NCBI GenBank assembly: GCA_944391485.1
Contig: CALXTQ010000020.1
Location: 1,849-65,848 of the forward strand
From: an uncultured Alphaproteobacteria bacterium
GTDB lineage: Bacteria; Pseudomonadota; Alphaproteobacteria; RF32; CAG-239
Direction: 5' to 3'
Length of the DNA: 64,000 bases
The position numbers were made by a program, and so were the translations under genes. The notes under the pieces are model-generated. The model was not told the DNA's origin and ran no database searches. It saw only the letters and a program-made list of their open reading frames with translations. Of the stretch, positions 26,251 to 35,876 are shown piece after piece (the first letter of the stretch is position 1; each line of letters opens with the position of its first letter).

Positions 26251-26268
26251 GTTATGCCCCATAATCCA

Positions 26269-26301
26269 TTAAGAAAGGGGAGAAAATCTCCCCTTTCTTA
26301 A
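26269..26301. terminator. Long perfect palindromic hairpin after the ankyrin gene (putative terminator)
   Basis: TTAAGAAAGGGGAGA-AAA-TCTCCCCTTTCTTAA, 19 nt after the stop. There is no obvious T-run, so it is hairpin only. Confidence 0.45.
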
Positions 26302-26621
26302 TGCAAATTAAAATGTCGTGCTCTTAACTTCGAAATGAAAATATACCCCAACCAAGTATTGTAAGAACTTTACTAAGTTTAATATTGTTTTTTCCGATAG
26401 ATCTTTAAATCCGGTTTCCATAAAAAGCATCATGGCACCAATCCCAATCAGCCAGTTATATATTTTTAACAAAGGAGACATAAGTTAATATAAATTAGTA
26501 AACATGAATTATATTCTAATATCCTAAATATGAAATAAACTTTATATCATAAATTAATAGTTAAATGAGGGGTAATTATATTTTTATAAACTAATATTTA
26601 GAATAATGTAGATTAGTATGG

Positions 26622-26968
26622 ATGAGGTGCGTAATGTTTGAAGAAGAATTAGTTGAGCTTGAAAAGCTGTATCGATATAAAACATCTATACGGACTCCTC
26701 ATTTTGACGGCATTGAATGCTATAGGATAGACGGTGTTTATCAACGACAATTTTTCGTATTAGATAAATGCGAGAGCAAAACTGATACCATCGTTGTATT
26801 AATCGGAGTTAATTATACCCAACATCAAGCTACTGAATCTAGCATATATCCATAGAAAATGAATTAAAAGATTTTTTTGAAAATAAAAAATTTAAAGGTA
26901 TTGATTGGTTTTTAGCACCCAATATTGCTTATAATATTCCAGCTCCAAGACAATGGAAAATAAAAGAA
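26622..26968 (+). pseudogene. Decayed gene of unknown function (frameshifted ORF fragments)
   Basis: The 77-aa ORF 26622-26855 is followed in another frame by a protein-like continuation (..KKFKGIDWFLAPNIAYNIPAPRQWKIKEFIHSK) ending at 26968. Confidence 0.35.
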
Positions 26969-27075
26969 TTTATTCATTCCAAATAAACTATATATATTAC
27001 ATATGTAAATATATTTGATGTTTAACTTTTTGGCAAATAAGCTGAAAGCCCCAATAAATGATGCTTTTGCAAAAA

Positions 27076-27483
27076 CTAAAACGAGGTCGTTTCAATTATC
27101 ATTTTTGAGCCCGGAAACCCGAATAGAAGTTGATCTTCGCAGGGACAAACCCTTCCAGTTCTTCCGCAGGTGATTAAACCTCTCAGTACAAAAGGCTTTT
27201 GGCTGTATTTCAGCCCCGCACCGTTATGATTGTTAAGGGTTTTCTGCTTTTGACATTGCTCCCACAGCTCTTGCGAAATCAGCGGCGGATAAACATGTTT
27301 AATAATTCCTCTTTTGGTTTTCATCTCACCATAATGAAAGGGATTGTCCAATATATAATAGATGCTGGAATTGACATGCCACCGGCGGGTGTCGGGTTTT
27401 ATAATTGCGTATTTAAGGGAATAGTGAATTTTGATGAAAGTATTGTTCCGGAAAAGAGCGTGTTGGAATATTTTACCATGCAA
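27076..27483 (-). pseudogene. 3' fragment of a large serine recombinase gene (recombinase domain plus zinc-ribbon region only)
   Basis: LDNPFHYGEM...PPLISQELWEQCQ...FVLRGLITCGRTGRV resembles the recombinase/Zn-ribbon region of large serine recombinases. The N-terminal catalytic resolvase domain is missing, and a perfect 15-bp inverted repeat (27492-27537) lies just upstream. Confidence 0.5.
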
Positions 27484-27713
27484 CTTCTTTCAAAATGTTA
27501 AACTTTCCTGCAAATTCATACAAAGTTTAACATTTTTTCATTCCTGCTCTTTTAACCAAAATCAAACCGCTATATTTTCTGCCTATTTCAAAGAAAATGT
27601 TAAAGAATGTGCATTGTTCGATATTTTTTATATTTGAAAAATTTCTCTTGCAATATAATTTAAATTAGTCTAATCTATATTATATTAAATAAGGTGATTA
27701 TACAGGTGATGGC

Positions 27714-29114
27714 ATGGAATTTATCGGCAGAACGAAAGAACTTAGTGATTTAGAGCAAGAATATAATAATAAACATTCCTTTGTTGTTATATATGGTCGC
27801 AGACGTATCGGAAAAACTGCTTTAATTCAAGAATTCATTAAAGGCAAGCCTGCCCTATACTTCTTGGCGACAGAAGAATCCGAACCGCAGAGTATGAAGC
27901 GGTTTGCTTCGAGTTTATCGCAATTTGCCAATCAGGAATTTATTGCCAAGGCTAATTTTGATGATTGGATTGAGCTCTTCAAACTGTTTGCGGCTGTTCC
28001 AAGCAAAAATACAAAAGTTCTTGTTCTTGACGAATTTCAGTACATGGTCAACACAAATCCCGCTTTCACTTCAATCTTTCAAAAGGCATGGGATGAAGTT
28101 TTATCAAAGCAAGATATTATGGTCATTATCTGCGGTTCATACATTAATATGATGATGAAACAGGTTTTGGCCGAAAACAGTCCCTTGTATGGTCGCCGTA
28201 CATCTCAAATCCGATTGGCGCCGCTTCCTTTTTTTGATATCAGACAACATTATCACTATAAGTCTTTTTCCGATGTGGTTGAGCTTTATTCCGTGACCGG
28301 CGGCGTTCCGAAATATTTGGAATTTTTTGATAACAAAAATTCTTTAATGGATAATATCTCCCGTGTCATTCTTAATAAAAACGGCTTTTTGTACGAAGAA
28401 CCGGCGTTTTTACTCAATAAGGAAGTTAAAGAACCGGTAAACTATTATTCGGTTATGAAAGCAATAGCTCAAAACAATCACAAACTATCAGAGATAGCCT
28501 CGGCAATGTCCACGGAGGGCAACAAATTAAGTCCCTATCTGGAAACTTTGCAGGGGTTATACTTATTGGAAAAACGTGTTCCGGTAACCGAAAAAAAACC
28601 GGAAAAAAGCCGGAAAGGATTATATTTTATCCGAGATATATTTATCCGCTTTTGGTTTATGTTTGTCTTTCCTTATAAAGGAGAGCTTGAGCTGGATAAT
28701 CTGAATTTTGTACAAGATAAGCTGAAATCCAATTTTGTTGATAATCACGCGGCATTTGTTTATGAAGAAATCTGCCGCAACATATTTGCAGAACTATGCA
28801 AAAGTAAAGAAATCGATTTTGTTCCTTCTCGTATCGGCGCATATTGGAACAAAAATGAAGAGATAGATTTGGTTGCCATTGATGAAAGCAACCGGCGTAT
28901 TTTTGCGGCTGAATGTAAATATTACAAAGATGACAAGCCGATTGACGTTAATGTTTACGCAAAGCTGGCGGAAAAATGCCAAGTTAACGATTTCAAAGGA
29001 TATGATTTAACCTACGGCATATTCTCTAAAAGCGGCTTTACAAAACATTTGAAAGACATCGCGAAAGAAAACAAAAAATTTATTTTAATAGATGAATGTG
29101 ACATAGTAAAGTAA
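27714..29114 (+). CDS. AAA ATPase of the archaeal-ATPase (ATPase_2) + DUF234 type
   Basis: Walker A VVIYGRRRIGKTALIQEF, Walker B KVLVLDEFQY, and a ~200-aa C-terminal domain typical of DUF234 fusions. Confidence 0.7.
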   Translation: MEFIGRTKELSDLEQEYNNKHSFVVIYGRRRIGKTALIQEFIKGKPALYFLATEESEPQSMKRFASSLSQFANQEFIAKANFDDWIELFKLFAAVPSKNTKVLVLDEFQYMVNTNPAFTSIFQKAWDEVLSKQDIMVIICGSYINMMMKQVLAENSPLYGRRTSQIRLAPLPFFDIRQHYHYKSFSDVVELYSVTGGVPKYLEFFDNKNSLMDNISRVILNKNGFLYEEPAFLLNKEVKEPVNYYSVMKAIAQNNHKLSEIASAMSTEGNKLSPYLETLQGLYLLEKRVPVTEKKPEKSRKGLYFIRDIFIRFWFMFVFPYKGELELDNLNFVQDKLKSNFVDNHAAFVYEEICRNIFAELCKSKEIDFVPSRIGAYWNKNEEIDLVAIDESNRRIFAAECKYYKDDKPIDVNVYAKLAEKCQVNDFKGYDLTYGIFSKSGFTKHLKDIAKENKKFILIDECDIVK

Positions 29115-29137
29115 CTAAATTGTCATTTCATTTTCCG

Positions 29138-30250
29138 TTATCTTAATCTTTGGAGGTTGATGATGAAAAAATTTTGGATATTTGGCGTGATTGCTTTGAT
29201 GACAACATCTTGTGTTTTGTTTAATCAAAGTGAAGAAGAAAAATTTGTTAATCCGGTCTTTTATGAAAAAATGATTTCTGCTTCGCATTCAAATTTTGAA
29301 GTGCAGTTAACACCAACCAGTATTTATATGTTTTCCAGTGAAAGCTATAAGTATAATTATACTTGTAAACTCATCAATAACCAAATGGATACGGTTAGTT
29401 TGGAATGTTTTAAGTATAACTACAAAAACGAAAAAGAAGAAACACAAGTTTTCACCTATACTCTTAAACCCTGCACTAAAGAAAACCTTTGCTTAGATGA
29501 AGGTGGATGGCTGGTTTATCAAAAGATTAAACCATATAAATATTTTGATGAAACACTTACCTATATCGTTCCGTCAAAATCTAAAAATACTCCTAAAGAC
29601 AAATTTGTAAACCCGTTGTTTTATAAAAAACTATCGCCAATATCCCGTGGTTCTAGGCCAACCTTTTTGATGCCAACTTCTGTTACGACTATAGATTTAT
29701 ACGGAAAAGAAGATATTGAAAAATGTAAAATGCTTGAAAATACCCCTATGTTTGTAACTCTTGAATGTTCTTATTACAGTGATTTTTTAAAAAGAATGAG
29801 AAATTATGTTGTTCGTTACGTGTTACAAGGATGTGATGAGAAAAAAGAATATTGCTTTGGTGGTGAATGGTTCGTATTGGAAAATGCATCAGGCAGTGCT
29901 ATAGGAACATTTGTTATAGATAAAAAAGATATGGGGCAGTAAGAACTGCCCCTTTATCGTTACCAAGATTTGATATTTCGGATTTGTTGTTCTGCCCAAT
30001 TATTCCGTTTTAGGTCAACATCTTTACGATGCACATTATAAATAATACCTTCATCGCCAAACAAATTTTTCTCCACAATGGCCTTTCTGAGCTTGGGCCA
30101 ATTTTCTTGAGATACATTTCCTGTATTGAATTTTATATCCAATAACACATTTTGCAATTCCGGTGGATATGAAGCAAAATCAGTAAACTCCTTCTGAAGA
30201 TATTTTATATCTTCTGTTATGTGGTTCCGGAGCAATTTATCTATTTCATC
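29138..30250. repeat. Tandem duplication, unit 1 (lipoprotein gene plus the 3' end of a convergent lysozyme-like gene)
   Basis: About 95% identical to 30310-31422, offset 1172 bp. Boundaries are judged from where identity breaks down on each side. Confidence 0.75.
29157..29942 (+). CDS. Two-domain lipoprotein, copy 1 (candidate periplasmic immunity protein)
   Basis: GGAGG then ATGATGAAA. Lipobox LMTTSC. Internal duplication of a ~115-aa domain (FVNPVFYEKM... / FVNPLFYKKL...) with several conserved Cys. Confidence 0.7.
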   Translation: MMMKKFWIFGVIALMTTSCVLFNQSEEEKFVNPVFYEKMISASHSNFEVQLTPTSIYMFSSESYKYNYTCKLINNQMDTVSLECFKYNYKNEKEETQVFTYTLKPCTKENLCLDEGGWLVYQKIKPYKYFDETLTYIVPSKSKNTPKDKFVNPLFYKKLSPISRGSRPTFLMPTSVTTIDLYGKEDIEKCKMLENTPMFVTLECSYYSDFLKRMRNYVVRYVLQGCDEKKEYCFGGEWFVLENASGSAIGTFVIDKKDMGQ

Positions 30251-30289
30251 AGGAGATACCCTCAATTTTTTATTTAACCATATTTTCAA
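29960..30289 (-). pseudogene. Orphan C-terminal fragment (109 aa) of the lysozyme-like gene
   Basis: Its C-terminal ~95 aa (HITEDIKYLQKEF..DFASYPPELQNVLLDIKFNTGNVSQENWPKLRKAI.EKNLFGDEGIIYNVHRKDVDLKRNNW.EQQIRNIKSW) are almost identical to the C-terminus of the 31132-32097 product. The N-terminus is a different, short sequence. Confidence 0.6.
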
Positions 30290-30309
30290 TTTTCCATATT
30301 ATACTCAAA

Positions 30310-31422
30310 ATATCTTAATCTTTGGAGGTTGATGATGAAAAAATTTTGGATATTTGGTGTGATTGCTTTGATGACAACATCTTGTGTTTTGTTTAATCAA
30401 AGTGAAGAAGAAAAATTTGTTAATCCGGTCTTTTATGAAAAAATGATTTCTGCTTCGCATTCAAATTTTGAAGTACAGTTAACACCAACCAGTATTTATA
30501 TGTTTTCCAGTGAAAGCTCTAAGTATAATTATACTTGCAAACTCATCAATAACCAAATGGATACGGTTAGTTTGGAATGTTTTAAGTATAACTACAAAAA
30601 CGAAAAAGAAGAAACACAAGTTTTCACATACACGCTCAAACCCTGCACTAAAGAAAACCTTTGCTTAGATGAAGGGGGATGGCTGGTTTATCAAAAGATT
30701 AAGCCATACAAATATTTTGATGAAACGCTTACTTATATCATTCCTTCAAAATCTGAAAATGCTCCTAAAGACAAATTTGTAAATCCGTTGTTTTATAAAA
30801 AATTATCGCCAATATCCCGAGGTTCAAGGCCAACCTTTTTGACGCCAACCTCCGTTACGACTATAGATTTATATGGGAAAGAGGATATTGGAAAATGTAA
30901 AATGCTTGAAAATACACCGATGTTTGTGACATTAGATTGTTCATTTTATGAAGAAGAAACTAAAGAAACATATGGGCTTGTTGTTCGTTATGTTTTACAA
31001 GGATGTGATGAAAAAACTAAATATTGTTACGGGGGAGCTTGGCGTGTATTAGAAAATGAATCAGGTAGTGCTATAGGAACATTTGTTATAGATAAAAAAG
31101 ATACGGGGCAGTAAGAACTGCCCCTTTATCGTTACCAAGATTTGATATTTCGGATTTGTTGTTCTACCCAATTATTCCGTTTTAGGTCAACATCTTTACG
31201 ATGCACATTATAGATAATACCTTCATCGCCAAACAAATTTTTCTCGGCAATAGCCTTTCTGAGTTTTGGCCAATTTTCTTGAGATACATTTCCTGTATTG
31301 AATTTTATATCCAATAACACATTTTGCAATTCCGGTGGATATGAAGCAAAATCTGGAAACTCCTTCTGAAGATATTTTATATCTTCTGTTATGTGTTTCC
31401 GGAGCAATCTATCTGTTTCACC
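30310..31422. repeat. Tandem duplication, unit 2
   Basis: See 29138-30250. Confidence 0.75.
30329..31114 (+). CDS. Two-domain lipoprotein, copy 2
   Basis: About 93% identical to copy 1 at the protein level, with a divergent patch near the C-terminus (DCSFYEEETKETYGLV versus ECSYYSDFLKRMRNYV). Confidence 0.7.
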   Translation: MMMKKFWIFGVIALMTTSCVLFNQSEEEKFVNPVFYEKMISASHSNFEVQLTPTSIYMFSSESSKYNYTCKLINNQMDTVSLECFKYNYKNEKEETQVFTYTLKPCTKENLCLDEGGWLVYQKIKPYKYFDETLTYIIPSKSENAPKDKFVNPLFYKKLSPISRGSRPTFLTPTSVTTIDLYGKEDIGKCKMLENTPMFVTLDCSFYEEETKETYGLVVRYVLQGCDEKTKYCYGGAWRVLENESGSAIGTFVIDKKDTGQ

Positions 31423-32097
31423 TTTAGCTAACCTAAATTGACTATAGTTAATATATGAACTTGCTTTTTTATTGTTCTTTATAATATTACCTTTAGAATC
31501 TTTGTTTTGGCGACCTTGATTAATTTCATTTTGAAATATATTAAACGCGGCTTGTTTTTCTGCTTCCGTCGGTGGACGTCCGTTTACCTCCCAATTTACT
31601 TTATTAAAAGTATTCCAATCGTCAACATTGGCACCGGCACCCGTTGTCTTATTCCATGTTGTGTCAATATAGACATAGTCTAAAGGTTTTTCCTTATCTT
31701 TTATTACTGGAAGCATCCGCTCACTCAACTCCTTATCGGAAAACTTACCAGATGGAATATTTGCATCATTTACCACATTCCCTTTTGTATTTTGAGCGAT
31801 TTTGTAAGAAGCGGAATTATTTCCGATTGGTTTGGGTGATAAAGCAGAGCTTACTTTATTTCCTTCTTTCGCCACATTTTTAGCTAATGCTTGCGATAGG
31901 TAAGAACGAGCCGTGGTTGCTGGTTTAGATTGAAGGTGAGAAAAATCATTTTCCAACAAATGACGAGAGTTAAATTTATAGTTTTTATCTGTATCTTGAC
32001 GGGAAGAAAGCTCTCTTGAAAGCAGAGTTTGAGATTGTTTCTTTTTCAGCTCTTCTTCGGGGTCGTCTTGAATTATGTATTGAATTAAATTAGACAT
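31132..32097 (-). CDS. Protein with a divergent phage-type lysozyme-like (GH24/T4L-superfamily) C-terminal domain and a low-complexity N-terminal region; candidate secreted effector/toxin
   Basis: Starts at MSNLIQYI (ATG 32095-32097, AAGGA upstream). The C-terminal segment ITEDIKYLQKEF...LLDIKFNTGNVSQENW...L.W resembles the P22/T4 lysozyme ITAEKSSELLKEDL...LIFNIGKSAFAGS...LLW. GETDRLL aligns with the catalytic-Glu region EGERLKAY, but the Asp/Thr beta-hairpin appears to be missing. Confidence 0.45.
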   Translation of the reverse strand: MSNLIQYIIQDDPEEELKKKQSQTLLSRELSSRQDTDKNYKFNSRHLLENDFSHLQSKPATTARSYLSQALAKNVAKEGNKVSSALSPKPIGNNSASYKIAQNTKGNVVNDANIPSGKFSDKELSERMLPVIKDKEKPLDYVYIDTTWNKTTGAGANVDDWNTFNKVNWEVNGRPPTEAEKQAAFNIFQNEINQGRQNKDSKGNIIKNNKKASSYINYSQFRLAKGETDRLLRKHITEDIKYLQKEFPDFASYPPELQNVLLDIKFNTGNVSQENWPKLRKAIAEKNLFGDEGIIYNVHRKDVDLKRNNWVEQQIRNIKSW

Positions 32098-32360
32098 GCG
32101 TTTTTCCTTTACAAATTTTTTTAAAACAAAAAATCCGAAGAACTTAATCTTCGGATTTTGGATACACTTATCCCAAGTGATAAATCTCATATAACAAAAT
32201 TAAATACAATTTGCAAGACACAATAAAATACATAAACAACTTTTAGAAAATTTTCTTACACTCCTCTAATAACAAAAGTTATTAGCAGAATAAAATCTCC
32301 GTTAATCCTTCGTTAAAAATGCTTTTTATTTTATCATAACTTTTTAAAATTATAATAAAT

Positions 32361-32969
32361 ACAAAAAAGTCGGTTATCACATATATCAGAAAAAGTACGG
32401 ATAAATAATCACTTGAACATCAGGAATACGAGAACGAATTCGCAAAGAAAAATGCTCTTAAAATAGACAGATGGATTGAAGAAAGCATTTCCAGCCGCAA
32501 GGAGCTGAAAAAAAGAAAACTGGGAGAACTGCTGGAAGAGCTGCAAGAGGGAGATTGTCTCATATGCAGTGAAATTTCCCGCCTTTCCAGATCCGTTGGA
32601 GAAACTTTTTTAATTTTGCAAACCCTGATTTCTAAAAAATGTCAGGTTATTACTATTAAAGAAAACTATCATTTAGGCAACGATTTACAATCGCAGGTTC
32701 TGGCTTTCGCTTTCGGTTTATCTTCCCAAATTGAGAGAGATTTGATATCTCAAAGAACAAAATGTTCGTTGGACGCCAAAAAAGCAGCGGGCGTTAAACT
32801 CGGCAGGCCGATAGGCGCGGAAAGCAAAAAACTGAAACTATCCAAAAATACTAAAAAAATAAGAAATTTACTGGATAAAAAAGTGCCGAAAGCACAAATT
32901 GCCCGAATTATGGGAGTTCAGAAAATAACGTTACGAAGATTTATCAAACGTATGGGATGGTATGACTGA
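32361..32969 (+). pseudogene. Small serine recombinase (resolvase/invertase family) pseudogene
   Basis: The frame reads ..SVITYIRKSTDK*SLEHQEYENEFAKKNALKIDRWIEE...LLEELQEGDCLICSEISRLSRSVGETFLILQTL...GRPIG...HTH. The catalytic region YIRKST is present, but the conserved Gln codon is TAA (32406-32408) and no ATG start remains. The downstream part is intact to the stop at 32969. Confidence 0.7.
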
Positions 32970-33083
32970 CTGAAAATCGGAGCAGCGACTCTGATTTTAC
33001 TTTATACCGGAGTTTACAAGGGAAACGACCTTCCCGGCAGCCTGCGGAGATGTCGGGTCTCCGCATCTACGAGAAGAATATCA

Positions 33084-33908
33084 CTATAAACCCAAACTTC
33101 TTACGCTTACTTTCATGGATATTTTATGTTTTTCTTTCGGCTTCAGGCTAATGAAAGAATCTCCCTGATTGGCCGGTTCGACGCAGATAAATTTTTTATA
33201 TTGTCCCGGACTCATTTCCGCCAGATCTTTGTTCGGGTTCCACACGACCGTTGTGTTTGAACCGCTTTTCTCAACAGATATAATGCGTTTTAATACCGGA
33301 TCCACTATTTCTACGGTTCCGGTATGGTTTATAAACGCCGCATCAAACTCGCCTCTGATTTTCAAATTCTGCTCCAAATCATATGTCTTTCCGTCTAACG
33401 AGCTTTTGTACTGATGACCGGACAACCCCCGCAACTCGACTTCATCAATTGAACCAATGTTAAAATAAGCATGCAGAGCCTCGCTGAACCTAAAAGTCTC
33501 GTCGCCGTTGTTGACAGTCTCAAGGCAGCACTCGAGCACATCCGTAATTTTGATGAAAAACGCCGCCGACACGTCAATGCCGAATTTTGCGTCAGGAACC
33601 AGAGAAAACGCAGCTTCTATTCTGCTCTCGTCAACAGAAACGTTTTTTAAATCCCAATTTGAGAGTCTTGCAAAACCATGGCGCGGAAAATGACTGTTTA
33701 GGGCTTCTTCCGCAAAACGCGGCCAGCAAACCGGGATACCGCCACGGATTGCGTGGATCCGGTCAAATTTGTTAAATTCTCCAAGCCAGAAGATATCCTG
33801 CCGTTCTTTTCCGGGACGATAAGAAACAATATTGGCCCCCCAGGGAGAAATTTTGCATTCGGCCAGATTATTGCTCAGATTGATAAAACCGTTTTCATTC
33901 ATATCCAT
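33084..33908 (-). CDS. Aldose 1-epimerase family protein (glucose-6-phosphate 1-epimerase, YeaD-like)
   Basis: Sequence features typical of the D-hexose-6-phosphate mutarotase family (GGIPVCWPRF, ALHAYFNIG). The start is placed at MDMNENG to avoid overlapping the NUDIX gene. Confidence 0.7.
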   Translation of the reverse strand: MDMNENGFINLSNNLAECKISPWGANIVSYRPGKERQDIFWLGEFNKFDRIHAIRGGIPVCWPRFAEEALNSHFPRHGFARLSNWDLKNVSVDESRIEAAFSLVPDAKFGIDVSAAFFIKITDVLECCLETVNNGDETFRFSEALHAYFNIGSIDEVELRGLSGHQYKSSLDGKTYDLEQNLKIRGEFDAAFINHTGTVEIVDPVLKRIISVEKSGSNTTVVWNPNKDLAEMSPGQYKKFICVEPANQGDSFISLKPKEKHKISMKVSVRSLGL

Positions 33909-33966
33909 TAACAGACATCTCCATTCTGATCTTGAAGCAAAATAGTTTGTTACAGAAATTGTTTTG

Positions 33967-34500
33967 TTAATCCAAGTCGATAATTTCCTTAATGTGGAAA
34001 TTATCGTCATAAATATAACGCCGTTTTACAAAGCGTCCGGCTAATATTTCCGGTAAAAAATTTTGATCAGCCTCACGCATTTCCCGATAGGGAATTTTGT
34101 CTTCGTCCTGCCAAAAAGCGTTTACCTCCGCCTCATTTTCCCTTATCGCGCCAGAAAATTCGGTGCTTTTGAAGACATGAACATAAAAATTAACGTGAGG
34201 AAACTCAATATACCCGACCTGCACGGGATTTTTGATTGTAATTCCCGTTTCCTCAAAAGTTTCTCTGATGACGCAGTCCTCCATCGTTTCTCCCGCTTCT
34301 TTTTTGCCGCCCGGAAAATTAATACACCCTTTATTAATGCCACGGTGGTGCCTTATCATTAAAAATTTATGATTTACCGTATCTTCGACGATAGACAACG
34401 AAGCATCTTTCCTATCTGTAACTTCCATAAAATCTGCGCCTCCTGTTTTTCTCTTTTCATTATCGGAAAATTGTACTCTTTTTTCTCTAAAAGGCAACAT
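33967..34500 (-). CDS. NUDIX hydrolase
   Basis: Nudix box GGKKEAGETMEDCVIRETFEETGI. Confidence 0.8.
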   Translation of the reverse strand: MLPFREKRVQFSDNEKRKTGGADFMEVTDRKDASLSIVEDTVNHKFLMIRHHRGINKGCINFPGGKKEAGETMEDCVIRETFEETGITIKNPVQVGYIEFPHVNFYVHVFKSTEFSGAIRENEAEVNAFWQDEDKIPYREMREADQNFLPEILAGRFVKRRYIYDDNFHIKEIIDLD

Positions 34501-34698
34501 AATTCAGTCTGGCAGGGAACTGCGCAAAAAAATCCTATTATTAAGAGCGGCAGCGGAAAAAAACGGCGCAAAACAGTGTGGTTTATACGGATAATATTAA
34601 ACAAAATTGCAAAAATATCCCGCTGTTCCCCGAATAAATATTGAAATTTAAAATTTCCGACTTAAACCAATAATCATTTTGGAAACGGGGAATTTATC

Positions 34699-35865
34699 AT
34701 GAAAAAAAGCTTAATCGTTCTGGCTTTCGGAACACTGGGACTGGGAATTTCCGAATTCGGCATGATGAGTATTCTGTCAACTGTCGCCGAAGGACTCGGC
34801 ATCAGCATACCGCAGGCCGGCCATCTGGTCTCAACCTATGCGCTCGGCGTCTGCTGCGGCGCTGTCGGACTGGTTTTTCTGTCACAGGGAAAGCCTTTGA
34901 AATCACTGCTGATCGGCCTGATGACCGTTATGTGCATCGGAAACTTTCTGGCAGTTATCGCTCCGAACTATAATTTTATGCTTTTTGCCCGTTTTATTTC
35001 CGGACTGCCGCACGGCGGTTATTTCGGCGTGGCTGGAATTGCCGCCAAGAGAATAGCCTCTCCAAACAAACAGGTGGAAGCTGTCGCCATTATGATTTCC
35101 GGCATGACGGTCGCCAATTTAATCGGTATTCCCATGGCCTCGTATATTACGCATATTATGTCGTGGCACATGCTTTTTGCTCTTGTTGCCCTATGGGGAC
35201 TTTTTACAATCTGGTCTATTATCAAATGGGTTCCAGCAACGCTTCGCTCAGAAAACAACAGCATAAAATCGCAATTCGGCTTTTTGAAGAAGCCTCTCCC
35301 CTGGCTTCTTCTGGCGACAATTATGCTGGCAAACGGCGGCATGTTCTGCTGGTACAGCTATATTAACCCTATTATGGTCGACGTCGCCGGCTTTAAGTTT
35401 TATTCCATGGCAGGCATTATGATTTTGGCCGGTCTGGGCATGGTTCTCGGCAATTATGCCAGCGGAAAGCTTTCGTCTTTTATTACGCCGGTCCGTCTGA
35501 CAATGATCATGATTTGCCTGATGTTTTTGTCCGCGCTGCTGATGGTTTTTTGGGCGCCTTATCCTTATGCGGCTCTGGCGCTTATGTTTCTGGGAGCTTT
35601 TGGCCTGTTCGGCGTTTCCGGACCGGAACAATATCTGATTATCGAAACTTCCAAAGGCGGCGAGATTCTCGGCGCCTCAGGCGCTCAGGTTGCCTTTAAT
35701 CTGGGAAACGCCATCGGCGCTTTTCTGGGCGGGCTACCCATCAGCCTGGGATATTCGGCGGAATACTCGGCTTTTCCGGGAATTTTTCTAACGCTGGCCG
35801 GACTGGCCGCCATCTATTACTTCAACAAATTTTACCGGGCAGAAAAAAAGCCGGCTGATGACTAA
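34699..35865 (+). CDS. MFS transporter (12-TMS DHA1-like)
   Basis: 388 aa and highly hydrophobic, with an MFS-type repeat organisation. Confidence 0.8.
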   Translation: MKKSLIVLAFGTLGLGISEFGMMSILSTVAEGLGISIPQAGHLVSTYALGVCCGAVGLVFLSQGKPLKSLLIGLMTVMCIGNFLAVIAPNYNFMLFARFISGLPHGGYFGVAGIAAKRIASPNKQVEAVAIMISGMTVANLIGIPMASYITHIMSWHMLFALVALWGLFTIWSIIKWVPATLRSENNSIKSQFGFLKKPLPWLLLATIMLANGGMFCWYSYINPIMVDVAGFKFYSMAGIMILAGLGMVLGNYASGKLSSFITPVRLTMIMICLMFLSALLMVFWAPYPYAALALMFLGAFGLFGVSGPEQYLIIETSKGGEILGASGAQVAFNLGNAIGAFLGGLPISLGYSAEYSAFPGIFLTLAGLAAIYYFNKFYRAEKKPADD

Positions 35866-35876
35866 GTTTTTCCATT

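Noticed and set aside
35019-35699. Nested and antisense ORFs within the MFS transporter gene (35019-35342, 35248-35631, 35163-35366, 35514-35699)
   Set aside because: These are GC-rich coding-region artefacts with Arg/Pro/Gly-rich nonsense translations.
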